Positions 1-9,350 of a stretch of DNA of 64,000 nucleotides are shown piece by piece (positions within the stretch are counted from its first letter, which is position 1; every line of letters begins with the position of its first letter). The notes beneath the pieces are model-generated. The model was not told the DNA's origin and ran no database searches. It saw nothing but the letters and a program-made list of their open reading frames with translations. Made by a program: the position numbers and the translations under genes. Origin of the DNA: Candidatus Yanofskybacteria bacterium (GTDB taxonomy: Bacteria > Patescibacteriota > Minisyncoccia > 2-02-FULL-40-12 > GWA2-44-9); NCBI GenBank assembly GCA_020847715.1, contig JADLBM010000016.1, positions 6,919 through 70,918 on the forward strand, written 5' to 3'.

Positions 1-576
1 CGCACACGCGAGCACCTCGACATCAAATCCCCAGCCGAAGACGGTAAGTCGTGTAAAGATCTCCTGCGCCGCTTTGGCGGTAAATGCCTTGAATCCCCGC
101 TGGGTATCCCAGATACCGGGAACAGCCCACGCCTGAATCCACAGGTTTCCCATCTTGCCCATGATGACACGCCACAATGGCTCTGCTCCGCCCTGCACAA
201 CCCGCGCCCCCTTCACGGCGAGAGAGCCAATGACGATATCCGTTCCCGCATCGAACAACGGCTTCATGTTCTCGAAGTGGTCGATGGTCGTGCTATTGTC
301 AGCATCCATAAAGAGGCGCACCTCCCCCGTCCCGAACAGCATGCCAGCGGTAACCGCATACCCTTTCCCCGGCCGCTTCTCTTGGATGAGACGAATAGCG
401 TGATACTGCTGCATGACCGCGCGAACGGCATCAGCAGTTCCGTCCGACGAGCGATTATCCACAACAATGACTTCCCAGTCATACGACTGGCGGGAAAGCC
501 ACCCACACACGGCCTGCAATGTGGAGCCGATACGCTTCGCTTCGTTGTAAGCCGGAATGATGACGGAGAGATACAT
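1..576 (-). CDS. GT2 glycosyltransferase, dolichyl-phosphate beta-glucosyltransferase-like (3' end runs off the window)
   Basis: Manual minus-strand translation from ATG 576: MYLSVIIPAYNEAKRIG...VIVVDNRSSDGT...GKGYAV...RLFMDADNST (GT-A motifs including DxD). Absent from the ORF track because it is open-ended. Confidence 0.9.
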   Translation of the reverse strand, partial: MYLSVIIPAYNEAKRIGSTLQAVCGWLSRQSYDWEVIVVDNRSSDGTADAVRAVMQQYHAIRLIQEKRPGKGYAVTAGMLFGTGEVRLFMDADNSTTIDHFENMKPLFDAGTDIVIGSLAVKGARVVQGGAEPLWRVIMGKMGNLWIQAWAVPGIWDTQRGFKAFTAKAAQEIFTRLTVFGWGFDVEVLACA

Positions 577-662
577 TGCCCCACTATCATAGCCGAGTCG
601 GGACCAAAAGCAAAAAGAGAGGGATTTGACAGAAACGGCACGAGTCACTACCATTGGCCCCC

Positions 663-1532
663 GTGGCGGACATCCTGACATTATCTATAGAAGACAGCCG
701 GTATCCCACGCTCCTGAAGCGTATTGCCGACCCGCCACCCCACCTGCACTGCCGCGGCAACATGGCGCTCCTTGATTCGTTCTGCATCGGAGTCGTCGGC
801 GCTCGCCTCGCGAGCGATTACGGCCGCCGCGCCGCGACCGACCTCGCCGGACAGCTTGCGTCCAACGGCATCACCGTCGTGAGCGGGCTTGCGCTGGGCA
901 TTGATGCCGCTGCCCATCAGGCGGCACTCGACGCACACGGAGCAACGATTGCCGTTCTCGGCACCGGCATCGAGAACCTCTGGCCGAAGGAGAACGAACG
1001 GCTCGGGGAACGCATCATCGCGGAAGGCGGTCTCGTAGTGTCCGAGTACCCGGGAACAAAGCCCGGCGGGAAGCACACATTCCCCGAGCGAAACCGTATC
1101 ATCTCCGGTCTCTCGCGCGGCATCGTTGTCGTCGAAGCCGACCGAAAATCCGGCTCACTCATCACTGCGCGATGCGCACTCGAACAGGACCGTGATGTGT
1201 TCGCCGTTCCCGGCAGTATCTACTGGCCGCGTTCAATCGGTACGAACCTCCTCATTCAGCAAGGTGCTCGCCCAGTCCTCACCGCATCCGACATTCTTGC
1301 GTCATATGCCGTGCGGCAGATTCCGCTCCCCGTTGAGCCTCTATCCACACGTGATCCGGTTCAGCAGAGTATACTGGCTCTATTGCGTACACAGGGGCCG
1401 ACGCATCTCGATGCGATTGTCGCAACGATAGGAGAAGATGCGTCCCGCAGCATCGCGGCAGTCGCGCTCCTCGAACTGCAAGACGCCATCCGTCACTCAG
1501 GAGGCGGCATCTACCAGATCTCAGCGAACTAA
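663..1532 (+). CDS. dprA: DNA-processing protein DprA
   Basis: VVGAR...YG, VSGLALGIDAAAH, FPERNRIISGLS, SGSLITA, VFAVPG motifs; lies upstream of topA. Start GTG 663 (TTG 654 possible). Confidence 0.95.
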   Translation: MADILTLSIEDSRYPTLLKRIADPPPHLHCRGNMALLDSFCIGVVGARLASDYGRRAATDLAGQLASNGITVVSGLALGIDAAAHQAALDAHGATIAVLGTGIENLWPKENERLGERIIAEGGLVVSEYPGTKPGGKHTFPERNRIISGLSRGIVVVEADRKSGSLITARCALEQDRDVFAVPGSIYWPRSIGTNLLIQQGARPVLTASDILASYAVRQIPLPVEPLSTRDPVQQSILALLRTQGPTHLDAIVATIGEDASRSIAAVALLELQDAIRHSGGGIYQISAN

Positions 1533-1550
1533 CAACACCATCCTCAACCC

Positions 1551-3557
1551 GTGAAACTCGTCATCGTCGAATCCCCAACCAAAGCAAAGACTATTTCCCA
1601 ATACTTGGGCGATGATGTTGTCGTGCGCTCCAGCTACGGCCATGTGCGCGACCTTCCGAAATCTGAACTTGGTATCGACACCGAGAAGGACTTCGCGCCC
1701 TCCTACATCGTCCCGACAAAAGCGAAGAAGAACCTGTCGGAACTGAAGAAGGAGGCCGCCAAGGCAGATACCATCGTGCTCGCAACTGATGAAGACCGCG
1801 AAGGAGAGGCTATCGCGTGGCACCTGTCGCAGGCGCTCGATTTGGCAAAACTGCAAAAGAAAAAGAAGGACCTCAAAGTCCAGCGCATCGTGTTTCACGA
1901 GATTACCAAGTCCGCCATTCAGCACGCCATCGAGCACCCACGCGAGCTCGACCGGAATCTGGTAGATGCCCAGCAGGCACGCCGCATTCTTGATCGCCTC
2001 GTCGGCTACAAACTCTCCCCTGTTCTCTGGAAACGCTACTACCGAGGACTGTCTGCCGGCCGCGTACAGTCAGTCGCAACACGGCTCATCGTCGAGCGCG
2101 AGCGCGAGATTGAAGCATTCAAACCCGAGGAGTACTGGACGATACAGGCATCGCTCACGACGCCCGATTTCCCCACCCCCATCGCCGCCCAATTGGTCAG
2201 CGCCCACGGAAAGCCGCTCGACAAGTTCGGCATTCCGAACAAAGAGCGCGCTGATGCCATCCTCGCCGATCTTGATGGTGCCACCTACACCGTAACGAGC
2301 GTCGAACGCACGCAATCCTCCCGCATGCCGCATGCACCGTTCACAACCTCCACGATGCAGCAGGAAGCGAACCGCCGCCTCCGCTACTCCAGCAAACAAA
2401 CCATGATGTTCGCTCAAGGCCTGTATGAGGCCGGATACATCACCTACATGCGCACCGACTCGGTGAACTTATCAGAACAGTCCCTCCTCCAAGCGAAGGA
2501 GCACATCGAATCGCAGTATGGCCCGACATACCACTTCCGCCGGAAATACAAAACAAAATCCAAGAGCGCGCAGGAAGCGCACGAGGCCATCCGCCCCACC
2601 GACCCCGCTCGCACACCGGAGTCCATGGCAGGCACGCTCACGCCCCAGCAGCTGAAGCTCTACGACCTCATCTGGCGCCGGTTCACCGCATCGCAGATGG
2701 CTGACGCGCGGTTCGATGCGACTGCAATCGATATTTCGGCGAAAACCTACGGGTTCCGCGCGACCGGCTCAATCCTCACCTTCGACGGATGGCTCAAGGT
2801 CTTGCCCTCGAAGTTCGAAGACAACGAGCTGCCGACCGTCCGCGATGGAGACGCACTCACCCTCAGCGAGCTCACCCCCGAGCAACACTTCACAAAACCA
2901 CCCGCCCGCTTCAACGAGGCGTCGCTCATCAAGACGCTCGAAAAGGAAGGTATCGGCCGCCCGAGCACCTACGCCGCCATCATCAGCACCATCCTGCTCC
3001 GCAAATATGTCGAGAAGGACCGCAGCCGGTACTTCCACCCCACTGAGATTGGCATGCAAGTCAACGACTTCCTCGTCGCGCAGTTTCCTCGCATCGTCGA
3101 TGTGAAGTTCACCTCCGGCATGGAAGACGAGCTCGACGATGTCGCCGCCGGCAAGCGCTCGTGGGTGCCGACCATCCGCGCCTTCTACGCACCGCTCGCA
3201 CTCGACATCAAGGAGAAGATGAAGGAAGCGCAGGAGGCGAAGGAGGCTGAAATCGAACAGACCGACAAGATTTGCGACAAGTGCGGAAGCACGATGGTCG
3301 TGAAGCGCGGCCGGTTCGGGAAGTTTATCGCCTGCTCGAACTTCCCCGAATGTAAAAATATCTTGAAGGAAAAGAAGGACTCCGCTCCCCCGGAGAAAGT
3401 CGGCCGCGTATGCCCCGACGATGGCGGCGAGCTCATCTACCGCATCGGCCGGTTCGGGAAGTTCATCGCCTGCTCGAACTTCCCGAAGTGCAAACACACG
3501 GAGAAGATAAAGAAGACGGAAACCGAAGAGACGCCTCCGGAACCCGACGCTGCATAG
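1551..3557 (+). CDS. topA: DNA topoisomerase I with two C-terminal Zn ribbons
   Basis: LVIVESPTKAKTI, ATDEDREGE, SAGRVQS, ITYMRTDS, GIGRPSTY motifs. Confidence 0.97.
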   Translation: MKLVIVESPTKAKTISQYLGDDVVVRSSYGHVRDLPKSELGIDTEKDFAPSYIVPTKAKKNLSELKKEAAKADTIVLATDEDREGEAIAWHLSQALDLAKLQKKKKDLKVQRIVFHEITKSAIQHAIEHPRELDRNLVDAQQARRILDRLVGYKLSPVLWKRYYRGLSAGRVQSVATRLIVEREREIEAFKPEEYWTIQASLTTPDFPTPIAAQLVSAHGKPLDKFGIPNKERADAILADLDGATYTVTSVERTQSSRMPHAPFTTSTMQQEANRRLRYSSKQTMMFAQGLYEAGYITYMRTDSVNLSEQSLLQAKEHIESQYGPTYHFRRKYKTKSKSAQEAHEAIRPTDPARTPESMAGTLTPQQLKLYDLIWRRFTASQMADARFDATAIDISAKTYGFRATGSILTFDGWLKVLPSKFEDNELPTVRDGDALTLSELTPEQHFTKPPARFNEASLIKTLEKEGIGRPSTYAAIISTILLRKYVEKDRSRYFHPTEIGMQVNDFLVAQFPRIVDVKFTSGMEDELDDVAAGKRSWVPTIRAFYAPLALDIKEKMKEAQEAKEAEIEQTDKICDKCGSTMVVKRGRFGKFIACSNFPECKNILKEKKDSAPPEKVGRVCPDDGGELIYRIGRFGKFIACSNFPKCKHTEKIKKTETEETPPEPDAA

Positions 3558-3614
3558 ACGCCCGCCCTATTTCGTGGTAAATCAGCGACCAGCACACTCA
3601 AAGGGAGGTTCGGC

Positions 3615-4181
3615 GTGGAATACCAAGAGACCCACATTCCCGGAGCCGTTCTCATCAAGCCCGTACGGCGCCTCGACCAGCGCGGCTCGTTCCGCGAGGT
3701 GTTCAACGAAGATCGCCTCCGAGATATCGGGCTTCCGCCGGTTGCGTTCCGGCAGATGAACGTCTCGGAGAGTCGGAAGGGCGTTCTGCGCGGGCTTCAC
3801 TTCCAGAAGTTGCGCCCGCAAGCGAAGCTGGTCACCGTTCTCCGCGGCGTCGCTGTCGACGTCGTTGCCGACATTCGACGCGACTCCCAGGCGTTTGGTA
3901 GGTACGCGAAGGCCACCCTCTCCGCCGAGAACGGACATGCGCTGTTCATTCCTGCCGGTTGCGCACACGGCTTCGTGAGCCTGACCGACGACCTGCTCTT
4001 CTGCTACCTCTGCGACGACACCTACTCGGGACCGGATGACCAAGGTGGCATCCGCTGGGACGACCCGTTCTTCTCGATTTACTGGCCCTTCACGAACCCG
4101 CTTGTATCAGAAAAGGACGCACTCCTCCCCTGGACCGCCAACCTGCGACCCGAGGATTACCCGTTCACCGCCTCGCGCTAA
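3615..4181 (+). CDS. rfbC: dTDP-4-dehydrorhamnose 3,5-epimerase (solo copy)
   Basis: DQRGSFRE, GVLRGLHFQ, QAKLV, DVVADIR, FIPAGCAHGF, GIRWDDP; SD AGGGAGG upstream. Confidence 0.92.
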   Translation: MEYQETHIPGAVLIKPVRRLDQRGSFREVFNEDRLRDIGLPPVAFRQMNVSESRKGVLRGLHFQKLRPQAKLVTVLRGVAVDVVADIRRDSQAFGRYAKATLSAENGHALFIPAGCAHGFVSLTDDLLFCYLCDDTYSGPDDQGGIRWDDPFFSIYWPFTNPLVSEKDALLPWTANLRPEDYPFTASR

Positions 4182-4197
4182 GCGCGAGGCGTTTTTC
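4169..4197 (+). terminator. Intrinsic terminator
   Basis: CGCCTCGCGC-TAA-GCGCGAGGCG followed by TTTTT. Confidence 0.75.
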
Positions 4198-4240
4198 ATG
4201 CACCGTTGAAAAACCAGAAAATAGGAATACACTATCGTCA

Positions 4241-6130
4241 ATGGATGCGCGCGCCCTCCTACTCTCGAAATACCACGGAGAGGACCACGCCCTCATCGAG
4301 CGGGCGTTTCATGTCGCGGACACAAATCACGCCGGCCAACTCCGCGCCTCAGGAGAGCCCTACATCACCCACCCGCTCCACGTCGCCCTATTCCTCGCCG
4401 ATCTTGGATTCGACGCCCGCACCGCCGCGGCGGCGCTCCTCCATGACGTACTCGAAGACACGGCGGTCACGAAGAAAGAAATCGAAGAACAGTTCGGACA
4501 CGAAGTCGCCTTTCTTGTGGATGGCGTCACCAAGCTGTCTGCTATCAGTAGCCGCGCCCGCTCACGGGCAACCACAACTGACCTGCAGACGCAGTCGCTG
4601 AAGAAAATGTTCTTCGCTATGGCTGAGGACCTGCGCGTTATCATCATCAAACTCGCCGACCGTTTCCACAACATCTCGACGCTCAAGTACAAAGATCCCG
4701 AATCGCGCATTCGCATCGCCCGCCAAACGATGGACCTCTATGCACCCATCGCCGACCGTCTGGGCATGGGAAAACTGAAAGGAGACATGGAAGATATTGC
4801 GTTCCCGTGGGCTTACCCGACCGAATACGGATGGCTGAAGAAGGCCGTCCGCGGGAAATACACCGATCGGCTCCGGTACATCGAGCGCACCGCCCCCATC
4901 GTGAAGAAGCACCTGACCGACTCCGGCGTGCCGGTCCTCGATATCCACGCCCGCGCCAAGCGCATGTGGTCGCTCTACCAAAAGCTCAAGCGCTACGATA
5001 TGGACCCCGATAAGGTTATGGACCTCGTTGCGCTTCGCATCATCGTTCCCGATGTAAAGAGTTGCTACGAAGCGCTTGGGATTATTCACGCGCACTACCG
5101 CCCAATGCCGGGGCGCATTAAGGATTACATCGCGCTCCCGAAGCCGAACGGCTACCGCTCGCTCCACACAACCGTCTTCTGCGAGAAGGGTCGCATCGCC
5201 GAGATCCAGATTCGCACGCCCGACATGCATAGTCACGCCGAGAATGGTATTGCGGCCCACTGGAGCTACGCGGAAGCGGGCAAACGCGCGGTGTCGGCAA
5301 AGCAGAAGGAGCTCGCGTGGATCAACCAGCTCAAATCCTTCCTTCGCGATATCAAGACGAGTCAGGGCATGGCCGAACTCAAGATCGACTTCTTCAAGAA
5401 TCGGATCTTCGCGCTCACGCCAGAGGGTGACATCAAAGACCTCCCCGAGGGCGCGAACGCAATCGACTTCGCATATGCCGTACACTCCGAGCTCGGCCAT
5501 CGGACAACTGGCGCACTTGCGAATGGTCGCATCATTCCGCTGGACGCTCCCTTACAATCCGGCGATGTTGTTGAGATTATCCGCGGAAAAGAAGCCCGTC
5601 CAAGCAAGGACTGGCTCCACATGGTGACCACTAGCCAAGCTGCAAAACACATCAAGGGGTGGCTCAAGAAAAACGATCCGGGCATGGCGGTTGCTGATGG
5701 TCGCGTCCTTCTCAACCGCGAGCTCGGTAAGTCGGGATTATCGCTCGACAAACTCAATCGACGCCACATCGACACGCTCGTGAAGGCAGCGTCATCGAAA
5801 ACGCTCGATGACCTTCTCCTCCACATTAGCATGGGCGACTTCGACGCGGCCGTCGTCGCGCGGACGCTCGGCATAAAGACACCGGACACGCGCCAGCACA
5901 GGAGCGCTGTCAGCCGAAGCGCTCCTGTGACGGGCGCACTCGCCTCCGTACTCATCGCGGGAGAACCCGGCCTCCACTATAAGATCGGGAAGTGCTGTGC
6001 GCCTCGCGTCGGCACACCGATCACCGGATACCTCACGGTCGCCCGCGGCGTCACCATTCACGCGCACACCTGCGCGAATGTCACAGCAGCCGACCATCGT
6101 CGGCTGCTCAAAGCGGAGTGGTCGGCTTAA
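4241..6130 (+). CDS. relA: Bifunctional (p)ppGpp synthetase/hydrolase, long RSH; no C-terminal ACT domain evident
   Basis: SGEPYITHP, LHDVLEDT (HD), IKLADRFHN, RIKDYIALPKPNGYRSLHT, EIQIRT, TGS (AIDFAYAVHS) and CC...H..C zinc finger. Confidence 0.93.
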   Translation: MDARALLLSKYHGEDHALIERAFHVADTNHAGQLRASGEPYITHPLHVALFLADLGFDARTAAAALLHDVLEDTAVTKKEIEEQFGHEVAFLVDGVTKLSAISSRARSRATTTDLQTQSLKKMFFAMAEDLRVIIIKLADRFHNISTLKYKDPESRIRIARQTMDLYAPIADRLGMGKLKGDMEDIAFPWAYPTEYGWLKKAVRGKYTDRLRYIERTAPIVKKHLTDSGVPVLDIHARAKRMWSLYQKLKRYDMDPDKVMDLVALRIIVPDVKSCYEALGIIHAHYRPMPGRIKDYIALPKPNGYRSLHTTVFCEKGRIAEIQIRTPDMHSHAENGIAAHWSYAEAGKRAVSAKQKELAWINQLKSFLRDIKTSQGMAELKIDFFKNRIFALTPEGDIKDLPEGANAIDFAYAVHSELGHRTTGALANGRIIPLDAPLQSGDVVEIIRGKEARPSKDWLHMVTTSQAAKHIKGWLKKNDPGMAVADGRVLLNRELGKSGLSLDKLNRRHIDTLVKAASSKTLDDLLLHISMGDFDAAVVARTLGIKTPDTRQHRSAVSRSAPVTGALASVLIAGEPGLHYKIGKCCAPRVGTPITGYLTVARGVTIHAHTCANVTAADHRRLLKAEWSA

Positions 6131-6139
6131 CTCTCCGAG

Positions 6140-6475
6140 TTACAGCCCTCGCATCTGATCGATGATAGCCTGCAAACGGTGCGCGGCTTCGTCCTCCTCT
6201 TTCGGATACGCATCGCGAACCGCCTCAAGGGTGGCAATCGCGTAGCTCTCTCCAGTATCCTCGTCGATTACCCCAGAGTCGAACTGGAGCTTTGCGTAGC
6301 GAATTTGAAAATCAAGACGAGCCTGCTGGCTTGGGCTCGCATCAGCGAGCACCTCGTTTCGCGCATACCACTCGCGAACAACCTCGAAATCTCCACTCCT
6401 CATTGCCTCAACACATCGCTCATCCGAAATTGACTCCCTCTCATGTGTACCGTTCATTTCGGGAGGTTTCTCCAT
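6140..6475 (-). CDS. Hypothetical helical protein (111 aa)
   Basis: ATG directly after the parB stop; MEKPPEMNG...; 3' part of track ORF 6140..6892. Confidence 0.65.
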   Translation of the reverse strand: MEKPPEMNGTHERESISDERCVEAMRSGDFEVVREWYARNEVLADASPSQQARLDFQIRYAKLQFDSGVIDEDTGESYAIATLEAVRDAYPKEEDEAAHRLQAIIDQMRGL

Positions 6476-6476
6476 A

Positions 6477-7382
6477 TCAGTCGATGATTCGTTTGACGAC
6501 GCCGTTGAGGTGCTCGAGATCCGTGAAACGGATAACGATCTGGCCCGCTTTCGCGGAACCAGTCGCTGTGCGAATAAGCACGGGCGCCTGAAGATGCTCC
6601 GCCAAGTTTGCGCGCAAATCTTCGAAGCGTGCGCTGTGCGACGCCTTCCGGCGACCGACCGCCGCCTTCGCGGACGATGCGGCGTACTCAACATCCTTCG
6701 TGCTAAACCCTCCGGCAGTAAGCTGTTCGTAGGCCTGCCGCTGGGCCGCCTCGTCTTGGAATGAAAGGAGTGCCCGGGCCGCAGTTCCCGAAATACGTCC
6801 TGCACGCGTTGCGTCCTTGATGTACTTCGGAAGATTGATGAGGCGCATGATGTTGGCAACCGCCTCACGGCTCTTCCCCACCTTCTCCGCAATCTCCTGT
6901 TGCTTCAAACCGAACTCATTCGCGAGACGCGCATACGCCTCGGCCTGCTCGATAGCATTGAGATCTTCGCGTTGAAGGTTCTCGATAAGCGCAACCTCGA
7001 GGCGCTGCGAGGGCTGCGATGCGCCTGCGGGAGCAAGGTCGTCGCGGATGATAACCGGCACCTGTGGGAGCCCCGCCATCTGTGACGCCCGCCACCGGCG
7101 CTCGCCCGCGATGAGCTGATAGCGAACGGCGCGGCCCCGCGGAAGATCTTCTTCGATCTTGCTCACCAAGAGTGGCTGAAGCACCCCAAACTTTCTGATA
7201 CTCCGCGCAAGATCACCCAACGCCTCTTGATCGAAATCGGTGCGTGGCTGTTCAGGATTCGGCTGGATCTTGCTGACCTCGACATAAAAGACATTCTCAC
7301 GCTTCTGATTCACTCCATCGGCGACTTCGTCGGGGATGAGCGAGCTGAGTCCTTTGCCGAGTCCGAACAATTTCTTCGACAT
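6477..7382 (-). CDS. parB: Chromosome partitioning protein ParB/Spo0J
   Basis: GLGKGLSSLI, PNPEQPR, GVLQPLLV, IAGERRWRA, ALIENLQREDL, HTH. Confidence 0.96.
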   Translation of the reverse strand: MSKKLFGLGKGLSSLIPDEVADGVNQKRENVFYVEVSKIQPNPEQPRTDFDQEALGDLARSIRKFGVLQPLLVSKIEEDLPRGRAVRYQLIAGERRWRASQMAGLPQVPVIIRDDLAPAGASQPSQRLEVALIENLQREDLNAIEQAEAYARLANEFGLKQQEIAEKVGKSREAVANIMRLINLPKYIKDATRAGRISGTAARALLSFQDEAAQRQAYEQLTAGGFSTKDVEYAASSAKAAVGRRKASHSARFEDLRANLAEHLQAPVLIRTATGSAKAGQIVIRFTDLEHLNGVVKRIID

Positions 7383-7386
7383 GGTT

Positions 7387-8148
7387 CTAGTTTAGCCGAA
7401 TTATCTCCTGTGCCAAGCGGTCGTACGCAAGCGCCGCCTTGCTTCCAGGATCGTGCTGCAAGATGGTCTTCCCAAAGCTCGGCGACTCGGCAACCGACAC
7501 ACCGCGTGGCACAACCGACTCGAACACGCGGCCCGGGAAATTGTGCATCACCTCATTGACCACCTGCCGCGAAAGCTGGTTGCGCTTGTCGTACATCGTG
7601 AGCACCACTCCCATCACCCCAAGGTCGGGGTTGAGCCCACCGCGCACGAGATCGATGGTGCGCATGAGCTGACCAAGCCCTTCGAGCGCGTAGTACTCGC
7701 ACTGCACCGGAATGATAACGCGGTCCGCCGCAGCGAGCGCGTTGATAGTAAGAAGTCCCAGCGACGGCGGACAGTCGATGAGGATATAGTCGTAGTTCGT
7801 CCGTAACTGGTTGAGGGCGCGGCGAAGACGATACTCGCGCTCCTGCATACTGACCAACTCAACAGTCGCTCCCGCCAGCGACTGTGCGGCCGGAAGAATG
7901 TCGTAGCCGTAGATAGGAGTCTTCCGGACGATTGAGATAGGGTTCGTGTCGCTCACCAGTGAGTGGTACACATTTTGGGCGGTTGGGTGTGTTTCGAGCC
8001 CAAGTCCCAGTGTGGCGTTCGCTTGAGAATCAAGGTCGACGAGAAGCACATACTTGCCGCGTGCGGCAAGATACGCGCCAAGGTTGACCGACGTCGTGGT
8101 CTTTCCTACTCCCCCTTTCTGATTACAGACTGCGATGACCCGTGCCAT
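7387..8148 (-). CDS. parA: Chromosome partitioning ATPase ParA/Soj
   Basis: MARVIAVCNQKGGVGKTT, DLDSQANAT, IDCPPSLG, PVQCEYYALEG; start ATG 8148. Confidence 0.96.
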   Translation of the reverse strand: MARVIAVCNQKGGVGKTTTSVNLGAYLAARGKYVLLVDLDSQANATLGLGLETHPTAQNVYHSLVSDTNPISIVRKTPIYGYDILPAAQSLAGATVELVSMQEREYRLRRALNQLRTNYDYILIDCPPSLGLLTINALAAADRVIIPVQCEYYALEGLGQLMRTIDLVRGGLNPDLGVMGVVLTMYDKRNQLSRQVVNEVMHNFPGRVFESVVPRGVSVAESPSFGKTILQHDPGSKAALAYDRLAQEIIRLN

Positions 8149-8267
8149 AGATATTTCTCTTCTCCATTCTATTGTTTCGTCCTCTACAATGCAATTCAGC
8201 CAACTCTCGCATACGACGGAAGACCCTTGAGAAAACACTGAAAATACGGTATGATACGTGTCGCAAT

Positions 8268-8349
8268 GCCCGAGTGGTGGAATTGGCATACACGCACGAC
8301 TCAAAATCGTGTGCCGCAAGGCTTGTGGGTTCAACTCCCACCTCGGGCA
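8268..8349 (+). tRNA. tRNA-Leu(CAA)
   Basis: Acceptor GCCCGAG/CTCGGGC, anticodon arm CACGA-CTCAAAA-TCGTG, long variable arm, T arm GTGGG-TTCAACT-CCCAC; CCA not encoded. Confidence 0.95.
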
Positions 8350-8352
8350 CAG

Positions 8353-8390
8353 AAACACATGCGACACCCCTACGGGTGTCGCATGTGTTC
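8353..8390. terminator. Long perfect hairpin after tRNA-Leu (terminator or processing stem)
   Basis: AACACATGCGACACCC-CTAC-GGGTGTCGCATGTGTT, 16-bp stem. Confidence 0.6.
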
Positions 8391-8509
8391 GCTTATTTAA
8401 CTCCACTCGAAACTATTTCCAAGGGAAGCGAGGGGTGGCACAGCGGGAATCGGTGGTTACACCTTATCGCCTTCTTCTGGGTGCTCGCGGGTCGGCGGCT
8501 CCGCAAAAT

Positions 8510-9322
8510 TTACTGAGCCTTTTCCAATTCCTCTAAATCCTTAAGAACATATGCCCTAAAAATGCTATCGCGTTCAATCCCATACGGAGTACTCATAATC
8601 CATTTACCCAATCGAGTGCCATTATGATCCCCGGGTCTTCCGTCGGGGAATACAGACCGCACTTTTTCTGGAGCATTACCAACCCATTTTTCAATAGCCT
8701 CGCGATACTCCTGCTGCGCTCTATCCAGCCTCTCATTCCATTCTTTTTGTGCTAGCTCATTTTTCTTGCGCACCTCTCGACAATCAGCTTTGTACTTTTC
8801 GACAGCTTGGCTATAACAACATTCGGGTGGAGGGGTGACACCTCTTGCTCGTGTCGGATTTTCCCCAGGCAAAGGAGTATCCCACCCGACAGGAGCAGGG
8901 TGCTCCACGCTGGCATGGATATATCCAGAATCTTCGCCGTCCTCATCCCGCACAGTTTTACTTTCGTTGGCTATCGTTTTTGCTCCACACGACTGACATA
9001 CCCACCACTTGTGGACTGCGCCCTCTTTCCATTCCTCAGTTGGCGCCTCGCCTTGCTCTTGCTTGTATTCTGGAACGGCGGGGAATGAAGGGAATTGCAG
9101 TTTTTCGCGTTCATCCGGAGCTCTCCACTCTGGTAGAGGGTTTGCTTCGAGATATGCTTTTATCTCTCTAATAGTTGCCGAATTTTCAAGTGCGCTTAAA
9201 ATTCGCTCTGTCTCTGCGTTATATTCAGCTTGCGCTCTTTCTTGCTCTGCCTTCCTTTTCCTAGCTCCTTCCTCATTTTGTTTGAGCTCTTCCGGCGAAA
9301 GCTCCCGTAAACGCCTTCTCAT
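8510..9322 (-). CDS. Hypothetical coiled-coil protein with a central Cys cluster (CQSC...H...CC)
   Basis: 270-aa ORF, visibly AT-richer than the flanks; charged helical N- and C-terminal parts. Confidence 0.75.
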   Translation of the reverse strand: MRRRLRELSPEELKQNEEGARKRKAEQERAQAEYNAETERILSALENSATIREIKAYLEANPLPEWRAPDEREKLQFPSFPAVPEYKQEQGEAPTEEWKEGAVHKWWVCQSCGAKTIANESKTVRDEDGEDSGYIHASVEHPAPVGWDTPLPGENPTRARGVTPPPECCYSQAVEKYKADCREVRKKNELAQKEWNERLDRAQQEYREAIEKWVGNAPEKVRSVFPDGRPGDHNGTRLGKWIMSTPYGIERDSIFRAYVLKDLEELEKAQ

Positions 9323-9350
9323 GCTAGATTATGTAGATTAATTAGTAGCA

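Noticed and set aside
7387-8406. Extended N-termini in the ORF track (parA; likewise thrS, pheS, glyQS, ligA, pilB, rpmF)
   Set aside because: The extensions run across tRNA or intergenic sequence; starts were reassigned to where family homology begins.
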